Position numbers and translations under genes: made by a program
Notes under the pieces: generated by a model
The model's input: the letters and a program-made list of their open reading frames with translations, nothing else
Databases searched by the model: none
Told to the model about the DNA's origin: nothing
Assembly: GCA_029260035.1 (NCBI GenBank)
Contig: JAJDEA010000252.1
Location: forward strand, 1,125-65,124
DNA length: 64,000 nucleotides
Reading direction: 5' to 3'
Origin: Phycisphaerae bacterium
Lineage (GTDB): Bacteria; Planctomycetota; Phycisphaerae; UBA1845
Part shown: piece after piece, positions 38,080-48,026 of the stretch
Numbering within the stretch: position 1 is the first letter of the stretch
Layout: every line of letters begins with the position of its first letter

Positions 38080-39498
38080 TTAATCTTCAACAACGTGGGT
38101 CGCAAATGCCTCACGACAACTTTCCCACATTTGCGCATCAAATGATCCATCACCGCGCAGACAATCGACAGCACCATACGCCATAGCCAGTGCATGATGT
38201 GTATTGTCATGCGCAAATAGACCCTGCCGACCGAATGACAGTACGTTGGGCAGATCAGTCGCCCAATGGTCCATTACGTCGAAGTGCTGTTCGTAGCCGT
38301 TTTTGTAAATGGGGTACGCGTGGGGCAGGCGTCGCACAACAGTTTTGATGACCGGACACTTGACAGGCAATCCACACCGAGAAAGGCTGTCCTTGACAAT
38401 CTCGCCAAGCGCGTCGTCTGAGGCCGACCAAACGTCGTCTGATTGATCGCAAGGCAACTCGCCACAAAGGACGGTCCATCCTTTCGGCTCGCTTCGATCA
38501 CTGTAATTCTTAGGCTCTGAAAGACGCGTCAACTGAATGTCTCTCTCCGGGAAATAGTGCGCGTCGTATGGCGAGAACTGATCCTGCCCGAGAACGAGAT
38601 AGATCAAAACCATAGCCCGCGAGTCCATGCTGGCAGCCGACTCGAGGACATGCGATGGAGGCGACGGCTCGACCAACCTCGCCAGCACCGCTAGCGGGAT
38701 CGTCGACCAGACGTAGTCCGCTTCGATCGACGCCTTCGTCCCGTCACTTTCAACCTCAATGCGTACGCGATCTCCTGTCACGATCTTGGTAACGCGCGAC
38801 CGTAGCTTGATGTCCGCTCCATCAGCCTTAGCAGCCTCGGCAATTGCCTGGCTGATCTGCCCGAAGCCTCGATTGGGATAGTAAAACCGCCCACTCCCCG
38901 GCGCTCGAAAACCCGGCACGACACCGAAAACCTTACGGATCATTCGGCCGAGCGAACCAGCCGAAACCCGACGACGCGCCTGTGTCGCAGAAAGTAACTC
39001 CGGCGCCATCCCCCACATTTTCCAGGCATAAGGGAAATAGAAATCTCGACAGATCGTTTTGCCAAGCCCTTGCTTTAGCACGCTCGCGAAAGTTTCGTCC
39101 CCGCTCTTTCGACCGATTCGAAGATTCTTGATGGTCGCGTCTCGCGCCACACCCAACCCGAACGACCAGGGCAGCCGAAGAATCAAATCGACAGGTTTCA
39201 GCGGAAAGTGAATCCACCTCCCGCGAAGACGAATGCGTCCGTGTCTAGGCCGATCGAGAAGGTCTTTGCCTAGCAGGTCACGGATGTCGTTCAAGATGGC
39301 CGGGTCGCATGATGGATGCAAGCGATGACTTCCGTAGTCAACGGGAAGTCCATCCAGGTCGAAGCTCCCGGCGTTTCCGCCGACGCTTTCGCCCTGCTCG
39401 ATCACCTCAACCGTTGCCTTGTCCGCTGCACGAAGCCGCCAGGCAGCCCCCAACCCGGCGGGACCGGCTCCCAAAATTGCAATATGTGGCTTACTCAT
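38080..39498 (-). CDS. FAD-dependent oxidoreductase (HemY/Glf-like flavoprotein of glycan clusters)
   Basis: GAGPAG, E...[36 protein letters not shown]...NTHHA. Confidence 0.85.
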   Translation of the reverse strand: MSKPHIAILGAGPAGLGAAWRLRAADKATVEVIEQGESVGGNAGSFDLDGLPVDYGSHRLHPSCDPAILNDIRDLLGKDLLDRPRHGRIRLRGRWIHFPLKPVDLILRLPWSFGLGVARDATIKNLRIGRKSGDETFASVLKQGLGKTICRDFYFPYAWKMWGMAPELLSATQARRRVSAGSLGRMIRKVFGVVPGFRAPGSGRFYYPNRGFGQISQAIAEAAKADGADIKLRSRVTKIVTGDRVRIEVESDGTKASIEADYVWSTIPLAVLARLVEPSPPSHVLESAASMDSRAMVLIYLVLGQDQFSPYDAHYFPERDIQLTRLSEPKNYSDRSEPKGWTVLCGELPCDQSDDVWSASDDALGEIVKDSLSRCGLPVKCPVIKTVVRRLPHAYPIYKNGYEQHFDVMDHWATDLPNVLSFGRQGLFAHDNTHHALAMAYGAVDCLRGDGSFDAQMWESCREAFATHVVED

Positions 39499-39560
39499 TG
39501 TTTCGCATCAACAAAAAATTCCGACCTGCATTCCATACGCCGCAATTGGCCCGAAAGAAA

Positions 39561-40775
39561 CTATTCCGAATTCAGTGGCAAGCGTCTCATGAGAAACTCC
39601 AAAGCAGACGCGTTGTCAAATTCATGTCCCATGCGGGGCGTGACTACTTTTTCCAGCAGCATGCCAGCACCTTGCGCGGAATAGATTTGCCTGGCTGTTT
39701 CAAACTCCGTCAACGACGATTCGTTATACGCCGCACAGCGTTTCCAAGGTTCGTTGTCCAGCTCCCCCCAATGCACAAGCATCGCTCGGGGCGCGACAAG
39801 CCCCATGCAATCGCTCAATTCGAGCCACGAGGACATACCAGGAAGAACCTCGTAACTGTCATGTCGGCTCAATCGAAAATTCGCTTCGTTAGACATGACA
39901 CACCCGCTTGCGACTACTGCTCGAATGCGCAGGTCCAGGGCTGCCAGGTAAATCGCCGTCTTTCCGCCGGAACTAAAACCGACCAGGCCCAGCTTATCGA
40001 TATCGACTTCCGACCGAGTGCTCAAGTAATTAACGCCTGCTATGACATCTTCCACCGACCGGCCGAGTGCCGTCTTACCCGCGTGAAGGCTATAGGCGGC
40101 ATGTGACATAAAATCGACACCTTCAGGCGATTCACCCATCATCCCAAGATACCCGAAACCACGCACCTCCATCGTCAAGACAACATAGCCCTTCTTCGCA
40201 AATGCCCAAGCATTTCCATGCTGCGCATCCGCGACAATCCCGGCGGTTGCTACGATTCCCCGACTGTGCCCGGGGATCACGACCAACGTGGCGCGCTGAT
40301 GAGCACCTACAGGCCTTAGCAGGAACGCGGGAACTTCCTGGCCGTCGGACTGCGTAAATACCAGCGTCTCCCTAACTACGCCTTCTTCTAATTGCTCGTC
40401 GATTGATCGAACGGTCGGTATGGCGACAGGCCAATCAATTCCAAGCAATTCTTTAAGTTTCTCACTTGCTCGAAACCGCCATTCCTCCAAGGTTCCGCCG
40501 GACTCGACATGCTGACCAAACGACAAGCGCGGGGCACCAGGTTGAACCCTGTAGGCTTTGGCGATCGTAATCTCAGGAATCGGCTCGCTCATGGCATCTA
40601 CGTTGCGCCATAGCTTGCCCGGTATCCGATAGTGGCACATGCCCCAAATGATTACGATGACGCAGGCGCCAACCATCAGCATCGCCATCATGAGCCATCG
40701 TCGCTGCTTGAGCAGCGCAGACTGCAAAGGCCCGATCAAGTTCGTATTAGTATTTGAATCTGGCATGCTTGGCAT
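39561..40775 (-). CDS. Membrane-anchored alpha/beta hydrolase (esterase)
   Basis: N-terminal TM helix; VPAFLLRP, PGH, nucleophile elbow GFSSGG, GELD, GHEF. Start uncertain. Confidence 0.83.
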   Translation of the reverse strand: MPSMPDSNTNTNLIGPLQSALLKQRRWLMMAMLMVGACVIVIIWGMCHYRIPGKLWRNVDAMSEPIPEITIAKAYRVQPGAPRLSFGQHVESGGTLEEWRFRASEKLKELLGIDWPVAIPTVRSIDEQLEEGVVRETLVFTQSDGQEVPAFLLRPVGAHQRATLVVIPGHSRGIVATAGIVADAQHGNAWAFAKKGYVVLTMEVRGFGYLGMMGESPEGVDFMSHAAYSLHAGKTALGRSVEDVIAGVNYLSTRSEVDIDKLGLVGFSSGGKTAIYLAALDLRIRAVVASGCVMSNEANFRLSRHDSYEVLPGMSSWLELSDCMGLVAPRAMLVHWGELDNEPWKRCAAYNESSLTEFETARQIYSAQGAGMLLEKVVTPRMGHEFDNASALEFLMRRLPLNSE

Positions 40776-40796
40776 GAACAGCCGTCACCCGTACGA

Positions 40797-41399
40797 TCAA
40801 ACCACGAACGGGATGAAACGTTTTGTGTCGGCGCAGTATTTGTCGTAGCCATCCAGCGTCTCGGCGAGCATCTTTTCCTCTCGAACAGCTTGACTTAGAA
40901 CAATGGGCATCAACGCAACGACGCCGATCAACAGCCAGGAGTTCAGGGCCAATTCGAGACCAACCAGTAGGATGAGGTCGCCGACATAAATGGGATGACG
41001 AATGAAGCGGTAAACGCCGTGCGAAACGACCGATTGCTTCGTTAAGACCTTAGCCGTTTCAATATCAGACCAGTTGTTGCCAAGTTGCACTCGACCAAGA
41101 ATCGCAACGATTAATCCCAGCGTATAAGTCGCGACGCCAGCAAGTCGCAAGACATCGGGATTCGTAGAAATGAAGAGCTTCGGGCTAATCCATGCCACCA
41201 CCCATTCATCAGGAACAACAGTCTGCGCAACGATCCCCAGGAGAATCGAAAGTTTCACTAACTTGACGAATCGCGTGCCAAGTGACAATTCCCTTCGGGC
41301 GGGTGATGCTTCCGCGGAACCGCGACGCTTTAACACTTGCCAAAGCAGCTTATGGCCAATCAGCCCGGCCAATAGATATGTACGCATTAGGATAATCAC
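40797..41399 (-). CDS. Isoprenylcysteine carboxyl methyltransferase (ICMT/PEMT) family membrane protein
   Basis: LGNNWS, VVSHGVYRFIRHPIY, EEKML, YC..TKRFIP. Confidence 0.88.
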   Translation of the reverse strand: MIILMRTYLLAGLIGHKLLWQVLKRRGSAEASPARRELSLGTRFVKLVKLSILLGIVAQTVVPDEWVVAWISPKLFISTNPDVLRLAGVATYTLGLIVAILGRVQLGNNWSDIETAKVLTKQSVVSHGVYRFIRHPIYVGDLILLVGLELALNSWLLIGVVALMPIVLSQAVREEKMLAETLDGYDKYCADTKRFIPFVV

Positions 41400-41418
41400 G
41401 TCTGCCTAGCCTCCGACA

Positions 41419-42363
41419 CTAACTATTTTTTGATTCTTCGGCGACACTCGATAGTTCAACATATTCCTTGGGCCTCACGCCAGCAACAGCGTCGGGGCTA
41501 AATCGCCCCATTCGCGTCGCGATTGCGTCACCGAGCATACCGATTAACAAAACCAACAGAGCACCTAAGAATGCAAGTATGGCCGTCGCCGAAATGTTGC
41601 GGTCTCCGACAATAGCCAAGTCTACAATCGTCTTAAGAGTGCCGTAACCTAAGCACAATAATACGATAGGCACAAAAATGCGCAAGGGGCGAAACAGCAT
41701 GGCTGTTCTTAAGATGAGAACCGCAAAACTACCTGCGTCCCATGGTACAATTTTCGACTTGCCGGTTCTCTGGCGATAGTCAATTGGCAAATAAGTCACT
41801 GCGTAGCTGTCGCAGTGCATCGCCAACGTAATGGTAGTCGTAAAACTGAACTGACTCGGCAATATCGGAAAATACTGCATCGCGACATCGCGCCGAAACA
41901 CGCGCAAGCCGCTATTCAAATCCGGAATCTTCGAGGCTGTCAGATAATTAGCCATTCGATTCAGCACCCACTTGGCGGGCTTGCGAATTAGCGGAATGTG
42001 AACGTTAGCGCCCGTTCGTGCCCCAACCACCATATCCGCCTGATCCAGACGTTCCAACATTTCGGGAATAAAGCTCGCAGGATAGGTGCCGTCCGCGTCC
42101 GTGATAGCGATGATATCGTGGGTGGCCGCCGCGATACCCGTCTTGAGTGACGCACCGTATCCTCGATTGCTACGATGTTGAAGGACTCGAACGCCAGCTT
42201 TCCTGGCTTCCGCGCCGGTATTGTCAGCGGAACCATCATCGACAACGATAATTTCCGCATCGATCGCGTTATCTTCTAAAATTTTTCGCAACTCCTCAAG
42301 CACGGGTCGCACAGCCGACCCTTCATTGTAGGCAGGAATCACAACGCTAAGTTTTCTCGACAT
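41419..42363 (-). CDS. GT2, DPM1/GtrB-like polyprenol-phosphate glycosyltransferase
   Basis: SVVIPAYNE, VVDDGS, NRGYG, TDADGTY, DMVVGAR, DLNSGLR, RTGKSK; two C-terminal TM helices. Confidence 0.9.
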   Translation of the reverse strand: MSRKLSVVIPAYNEGSAVRPVLEELRKILEDNAIDAEIIVVDDGSADNTGAEARKAGVRVLQHRSNRGYGASLKTGIAAATHDIIAITDADGTYPASFIPEMLERLDQADMVVGARTGANVHIPLIRKPAKWVLNRMANYLTASKIPDLNSGLRVFRRDVAMQYFPILPSQFSFTTTITLAMHCDSYAVTYLPIDYRQRTGKSKIVPWDAGSFAVLILRTAMLFRPLRIFVPIVLLCLGYGTLKTIVDLAIVGDRNISATAILAFLGALLVLLIGMLGDAIATRMGRFSPDAVAGVRPKEYVELSSVAEESKNS

Positions 42364-42377
42364 TATGGCATTCTCAT

Positions 42378-44174
42378 CTATTGTGTGTCATTGCGATCGC
42401 CAACTTGAGCTGGCACTGCATCCGCCGCACGAAGTCTACAAACATAAACGTGACCATCTCCGAGCGAACCATAGAAGGTTTCGACGATCTCGAAATCGTT
42501 CTGGATATCTTCCCACATTTTTGGATACCAGTTCTTGGCCTGCGTTGGCAATGTGTACACAAGCCATAGCGCCTCGTACCTGGCTCGAACCTCATCAAGC
42601 TCCTGTTGCGAATAAGCCATCGACCAATGCGGCGCAAAATATCGTTGATATGCGTCAGCGGCCAACCCAATCGCAACAACCCCATCAGTCGCTTTGCGTT
42701 GCGACTCCACAAAATCACGAGCACCCGTGTAATCCTGCTTCGGCAAAGCGTAGCACCGCCCCACGGTAATGGAAGAGGCAACTATAACCAGTATCGTCAA
42801 AGCAGTTCCCACGCGATAAGCCAGCACGTTTCGCCGATCCCCCTTCATGACAAGTCGAAGCGTCAGGTCCGACACCACGGTCGCACCCCGCACCGCCATG
42901 AGAATCACGAAGCCCATGCAAAAGAAGAAGAAGCGAGGCCAAAGGTTATGCCCAAGAACAACCATCGTACCCCCGCCCAACAGGGCGGGCAGCAGCATCA
43001 GAGGACCAAGTCGCCAATCTCTTCGCGAGACGCTGATAACACCACATACCACCACGAACATGCCAACAAGAACAACGAAACCAGCCATGCCGGCATCTTG
43101 CAGTCTTGCGAGACTTTCTCTTACAACCCAGAAAGGATCGGTCCATTCAGACTCTTTCGACTCCTCATGCAAAGCGCTTCCCAGAAACTCTGGCAGTGAG
43201 AGTGCATGCAGTTGCAAAGTAAGCGTCCCGCCGAAAGCCCACGCCAACAGCGTTTTCCACGAATAGCCCGGATCGATGGCCATAGCTCGCGCACCTTTTC
43301 GAGCAAAGAAACGCCTCCCCAGCAAGCCCAAGAACACCACGCCATGCGCTCCAACGACGAAGAGCATGGTCATGTGGGTCCACGTTCCCAGCGAAATCGC
43401 CACGCCATAACCTACCCAGGAAGCAAAGCCGCCTCGATCAAGTGACTCCAAAAAGAGCCAGGTGCTGAGAATACTGAAAAACAGCAAGCCGGTGTAACCG
43501 CGTGCATTCTGGGAAAACCACACATGGTGGTAGGAAACCGCCATCAATGCGCAAGCGAGAAGTGCTTCGCGTACGCCAAGCGTACGCTTTCCTAAAAGGA
43601 AGAGCGCCCAAATGCTGAGCACGCCGAACATCACGGCGGGCACTCTCGCCGAAGCAGCCCCCTCGCCAAACAACACAAAAGAAGCCCTACCAAGAACGGA
43701 ATACAACATGTGTTGATTCTGTGACGGGAAAATGGCGACAATCTCACGCAAGGGTCGTTGAAGGAAATCAACAACTGTCATCAATTCGTCATACCAAAGA
43801 CAGCTGTCGAGCTTCCAAAGCCTTAAGGCAAGCGCCGCTGCGCAAATTGCAACCAGAAAAAACCAGGCTCCGATGCTAACTTGTTCTCGATCAGCTTGGC
43901 CTGTGTTTGTCACAGGCAAGGCTGAATTGCAATGGATACGAGAACATCGGGTGCATAGCCAGGCAGCCAGAATCAAAGCGAACCCATGAAACAAAAGCAT
44001 TCCACGGAAGAGAGCAGGCCCCCATGCGAGTTGCCCGCGCGATTCCCCAAGCAATGCTTGCTCAATCGACGCACCGGATGCCAGAATAGCCAACAGCCCC
44101 ATCCCGACGCCGACCAACGACGCCATCCACGCCCACAAACTCGAACGTCGCTTTGAATGATCCAATGTTTTCAT
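42378..44174 (-). CDS. GT-C membrane glycosyltransferase (PMT/ArnT-like)
   Basis: ALRLWKL...LWYDE, FGEG..SARVPA.MFG, HVWFSQNARGY, TH; many TM helices. Confidence 0.87.
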   Translation of the reverse strand: MKTLDHSKRRSSLWAWMASLVGVGMGLLAILASGASIEQALLGESRGQLAWGPALFRGMLLFHGFALILAAWLCTRCSRIHCNSALPVTNTGQADREQVSIGAWFFLVAICAAALALRLWKLDSCLWYDELMTVVDFLQRPLREIVAIFPSQNQHMLYSVLGRASFVLFGEGAASARVPAVMFGVLSIWALFLLGKRTLGVREALLACALMAVSYHHVWFSQNARGYTGLLFFSILSTWLFLESLDRGGFASWVGYGVAISLGTWTHMTMLFVVGAHGVVFLGLLGRRFFARKGARAMAIDPGYSWKTLLAWAFGGTLTLQLHALSLPEFLGSALHEESKESEWTDPFWVVRESLARLQDAGMAGFVVLVGMFVVVCGVISVSRRDWRLGPLMLLPALLGGGTMVVLGHNLWPRFFFFCMGFVILMAVRGATVVSDLTLRLVMKGDRRNVLAYRVGTALTILVIVASSITVGRCYALPKQDYTGARDFVESQRKATDGVVAIGLAADAYQRYFAPHWSMAYSQQELDEVRARYEALWLVYTLPTQAKNWYPKMWEDIQNDFEIVETFYGSLGDGHVYVCRLRAADAVPAQVGDRNDTQ

Positions 44175-44206
44175 GTTGGTTTCGTTTTTGACGAGACAGG
44201 GACGTG

Positions 44207-46309
44207 CTACTTGTCGCCCGCATACCCCAACGAACGAAGCTTCTCAAGCGTTTCTTTGTCCAGGGCGTCGCTGTGTGCTTCCTCACTCGGCTCATAGTGA
44301 AGCTGATCGGCCCACCATTCATCCAACTTGCGACCGAGTTCCGCCGCCTTTTCCGTTTTGCTTGCAATGAGGTTGTACTGCTCGGCTTTGTCGTCAAGAA
44401 TGTTAAAGAGCCTGTGCCGGCCACGAGATGACCACACAAACTTATAAGTTCCGTCACGAATCGTACGCAATGAAGCTGTGAATTCGGTTGTATCACGTTG
44501 AAATCCAGTGACTTCAGCCAATCGCTCGAAATGGCCATAGTATGGGTGCACTTGAGAATAAGTGTACTGCCGAGGCTCAAATTTATCCGCCAGGAGTGTT
44601 CGCCCAGGCAACGCCTCGATCGGAACTGGTTTTTGCAACACATCAAATACGGTCGGAATAACGTCAATAAGCTGACACTGACCATCGACCTCTTGTCCCG
44701 GTGTGAACTTGGATGGATAACGAACAATAAAGGGAACATGAATCAACACATCATTGACTGCAAACACATGGCCCCAACGATTGGCTTCACCCAGGTTTTC
44801 GCCGTGATCCGCCGTCACAATAATCATCGTATTATCGAGATCGACGTGCGATTCGAGAGTATCAAACATCCTACCTAGTTGATAATCCTGGTACGCAATG
44901 CTGCCTGCATACAATTGTCTGATTGTGCCAGCCTCATCCTCGCTTTGAGCTTGACCGGCGTTCCACTTAGGACCATAGAATTTTGCAGCTCGCCTGGTCG
45001 CTTCAAGATAGCCAGTACCATCTTCAAGACATTGTGAGCGCCATCGCATTGGCGGGTTTAGCGGATAATGCGCTTCCATCAAATTGACAAAGACAAAGAA
45101 AGGCTTGGACTGATCGCGACGAGCAAGCCATTGGTCCAATGCTTCCACCGCCTCGGCGACGCCGTGGTCACCCCATTTGGCTGGCAACCCAATCTTGTTA
45201 GCCCAGTAATAGAGTTTTGTCTTCTTGATAGCCGTCCAAAGCTGTAACGATTCATCAAACCCTTGCAGCTGATTTGTTACGGAAAGATACCCATTCGCAA
45301 CTAAAGCCGCTGTCTGATACCCCATTTCGGACAGCATTTCTGCAAGCGTCGTAAACTCGTCATCAAGCCAGCGGTGATGTTCATAGCTGCAGCCATGAGT
45401 GACCGGATACAGACCAGTGAAAAGCGACGCGTGCGACGGAACCGTCCAGGATGATGGAGCGATCATCTGCGTATACATCGTTCCCTCCGCAGCAATCTTA
45501 TCCACTACAGGTGTAAGGCCGCCATCGTGCCCGTAACACCCAAGGTGGTCGCGCCGCGTAGTATCCATCACAACCAGAACGATATTTGGTGGTGTATCAC
45601 TTTGTGCATCTTCGAGAGTTGTAGAATCACCGACGACCGATTGCCTGTCCCACGGATACTGTTGCTGACCCAACGCAGCTAAGCCGCCTGCTAATGCGAA
45701 CAGTGAAACCAGGACCAGCGTCGGCTTTTCGGCACACATTCTTTGAACCAAATACGCAACAGTCACCACGACCGCACACAGCAGTGTTGCCATGATTCTT
45801 CCCATCGATCCCGCGTCGATAGCCAAGAGAACTGGCGTAACAACAACGGCCAGGCCTACCATTGAAAAACTTCGCGCGAGCAACCGAACTGCGCCTCTTT
45901 CTTCAAGGCACCTGAACATGCAAACTGCCAAAATCCAGGGAAGAGGGAGCGTGATAATAGCAAGACGCCCCCTCAGCGTTTCGAACAGAACAAGCTGGCA
46001 CGCAAGGCCGGCTAAGACAGACAACACCAGTGATGCTTTAGGTGGCGAGGTACGAAACCTGTAAACAAGAGCAATGGCCAAAGCCACGGGCAACGCAATG
46101 CATGCGGCAATGCAAACCAACCACGCAACCATTTGCATCATTTCCCATGTCGGCCATGCAATTCTCGCTCGAACGAGATCAAATACGCTGAACATCGCGC
46201 CAGCGGATAGGCCAATTCCCATCGTCCACGCAAACATTTGCAAAGACGTTGGGCGAATTCCATCCATTTGACCAGTTGTTCGATCCTCAACCCTGTCCGT
46301 TGCCATCAT
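44207..46309 (-). CDS. Membrane-bound sulfatase-like (LtaS-architecture) protein
   Basis: About 6 N-terminal TM helices; PNIVLVVMDTTRRDHL, SWTVPSHASLFTGLYP, EAH, TADHGE..GE...WGH. Ends EKLRSLGY. Confidence 0.87.
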   Translation of the reverse strand: MMATDRVEDRTTGQMDGIRPTSLQMFAWTMGIGLSAGAMFSVFDLVRARIAWPTWEMMQMVAWLVCIAACIALPVALAIALVYRFRTSPPKASLVLSVLAGLACQLVLFETLRGRLAIITLPLPWILAVCMFRCLEERGAVRLLARSFSMVGLAVVVTPVLLAIDAGSMGRIMATLLCAVVVTVAYLVQRMCAEKPTLVLVSLFALAGGLAALGQQQYPWDRQSVVGDSTTLEDAQSDTPPNIVLVVMDTTRRDHLGCYGHDGGLTPVVDKIAAEGTMYTQMIAPSSWTVPSHASLFTGLYPVTHGCSYEHHRWLDDEFTTLAEMLSEMGYQTAALVANGYLSVTNQLQGFDESLQLWTAIKKTKLYYWANKIGLPAKWGDHGVAEAVEALDQWLARRDQSKPFFVFVNLMEAHYPLNPPMRWRSQCLEDGTGYLEATRRAAKFYGPKWNAGQAQSEDEAGTIRQLYAGSIAYQDYQLGRMFDTLESHVDLDNTMIIVTADHGENLGEANRWGHVFAVNDVLIHVPFIVRYPSKFTPGQEVDGQCQLIDVIPTVFDVLQKPVPIEALPGRTLLADKFEPRQYTYSQVHPYYGHFERLAEVTGFQRDTTEFTASLRTIRDGTYKFVWSSRGRHRLFNILDDKAEQYNLIASKTEKAAELGRKLDEWWADQLHYEPSEEAHSDALDKETLEKLRSLGYAGDK

Positions 46310-47955
46310 GGCTTCCTCTGGTAAAACGTGAAATACTGAAACAAACCTGTGTCAGCCAGGCGCACTGTTTTTCGTTCGTAATTCGAGCGAAACTCGGGGA
46401 GTTCCCAAATCTCATGCTCAGACCGCTGACACAACACACTGGCAATTTGAGAATCATCCATCGGTTCGCGACCGACGGCGATATTGCCAAGAAGGATGTA
46501 ATCCGGCTTCCGTGAGAGCACATAGGCTCCATCGCCCCGCTCGTGTCCTGCTCTCCCCTGTCCTATCCCTTGGACTGGCTGCCTCGCGATGTGTTTATCG
46601 GTAAGCCCGAGCATATCGATGACTGTCCGCTCGCTGTAAAACGCAATCGCGCCAGCGGGAGTCGAAGCGACGACCGCATTCGGCTTACTATTGTCAGCCA
46701 GCCAAAGGCCAGCTTCCTTGCACCGATCGACGAAGTAGTTATCAAAATTCTTGTACGGTGCAATGTCCGGCTTCTTGTGACGCAATATCACGTTCGTCTG
46801 TTGCGCACCAAGAACCGCCAACAGCGCAACAAGTGAGACCCCCGCCAAACGTAATCGCCATAAGAATGGCCGAGGATTAAGCGACCCAAACCACTCACCC
46901 ATCGAAAGGATACCCTGCTGAGCAAGCAGGTAAATCAACGGCGCTATACATCCAAAGAATCGGAAATACGCAAGTCCGTCCCCGCCGACCTTAACGATAT
47001 AGGCAACCCAGCCCCCCACAACCCATAGCGCACAACGCACCCAGGTTTCTTTACATGGAAAGACAAACGGCACCGCCATGATTGGAATCAGGATAACTCC
47101 GCCGTAGTTTTCCAAAAACCCTTTCAAGTGCCGGGCGCCACGAAGGTATTGATCGATACCACCTCCCACTTTGGCATAGTAGGTATTGGGAAGCGGATCT
47201 CCGTAATACCAAAATCGCCAGGCGACGTAAGGCGCGATCACCGCAACGAATGTTGCAAACCAAACAAAGGTTTTTTTGGACCAAACCGACTCTCGCCGCC
47301 TGAAATGCTCATGACACCTGGCACAAGACAATATGGCAAACACAACGAAACCGTCGGCGCGCACCAAACTTGCGATAGCAACGACAAGGGCGGTTCGGAA
47401 AGTGCCTCCGCCGCGATCAAACTCTCTCGAATGGAAATAAACGCTTGCGAGAATAAGAAAAGTAAACATGGTCGTGGCAAGCCCGCCCATCGACCAGGCA
47501 CAAAACGACGTGTTGCACGCTAACATAAACGCCGCAGCCGAGTTCTTCCATGTGCTACCACCCGAAGAGTTCCAAGGCCAACGCACCATCAGTAATATAG
47601 TGAATGTGCCAATCGCAATAGCCGACACGCGCGCTATCACCAACAGGTCCGCCTCCGGCCAGACTTTGGCAAACAGACCCAATGCTAGTACCCAGAGGAA
47701 ATTCGTGTAACCTTCAACTCGTTCGCCGACGTTGTATACAAACCCGTTTCCCATCGCAAAATTCTTTGCGTATTGAAACGAAATATATGCGTCATCAACA
47801 ACATAGCCAACAGCTATCGCATGGACCCAATACAGAACGATTGCTGCAAGCGTTGCGATAAGCAGGCCCGTGCCAAATCCTCGTCGTCGGCGCGAGAGCG
47901 CATCTTCCTCCAGATATGAAGGTGAACAGACCATCTTATTGAGTCGCGTGTTCAT
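46306..47955 (-). CDS. GT-C membrane glycosyltransferase with an AftB-like first loop
   Basis: DDAYISFQYAKNFAMGNGFVYNVGERVEGYTNFLW; RFWYYGDPLPNTYYAK; VGGD..AYFRF; GAIAFYS...IDMLGLTD..IA. Confidence 0.82.
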   Translation of the reverse strand: MNTRLNKMVCSPSYLEEDALSRRRRGFGTGLLIATLAAIVLYWVHAIAVGYVVDDAYISFQYAKNFAMGNGFVYNVGERVEGYTNFLWVLALGLFAKVWPEADLLVIARVSAIAIGTFTILLMVRWPWNSSGGSTWKNSAAAFMLACNTSFCAWSMGGLATTMFTFLILASVYFHSREFDRGGGTFRTALVVAIASLVRADGFVVFAILSCARCHEHFRRRESVWSKKTFVWFATFVAVIAPYVAWRFWYYGDPLPNTYYAKVGGGIDQYLRGARHLKGFLENYGGVILIPIMAVPFVFPCKETWVRCALWVVGGWVAYIVKVGGDGLAYFRFFGCIAPLIYLLAQQGILSMGEWFGSLNPRPFLWRLRLAGVSLVALLAVLGAQQTNVILRHKKPDIAPYKNFDNYFVDRCKEAGLWLADNSKPNAVVASTPAGAIAFYSERTVIDMLGLTDKHIARQPVQGIGQGRAGHERGDGAYVLSRKPDYILLGNIAVGREPMDDSQIASVLCQRSEHEIWELPEFRSNYERKTVRLADTGLFQYFTFYQRKP

Positions 47956-48026
47956 TCAGTCACAACCAATGCGGCATCTCGCATAACCCTGAGCAGGGAT
48001 CGCCGTTTCCAGAAAAAGCCGCATCA

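Noticed and set aside
38080..39498. Calling the flavoprotein DprE1, HemY or Glf
   Set aside because: It has a Rossmann GxGxxG fold unlike the VAO-type DprE1, there is no heme context, and Glf identity cannot be established by eye.
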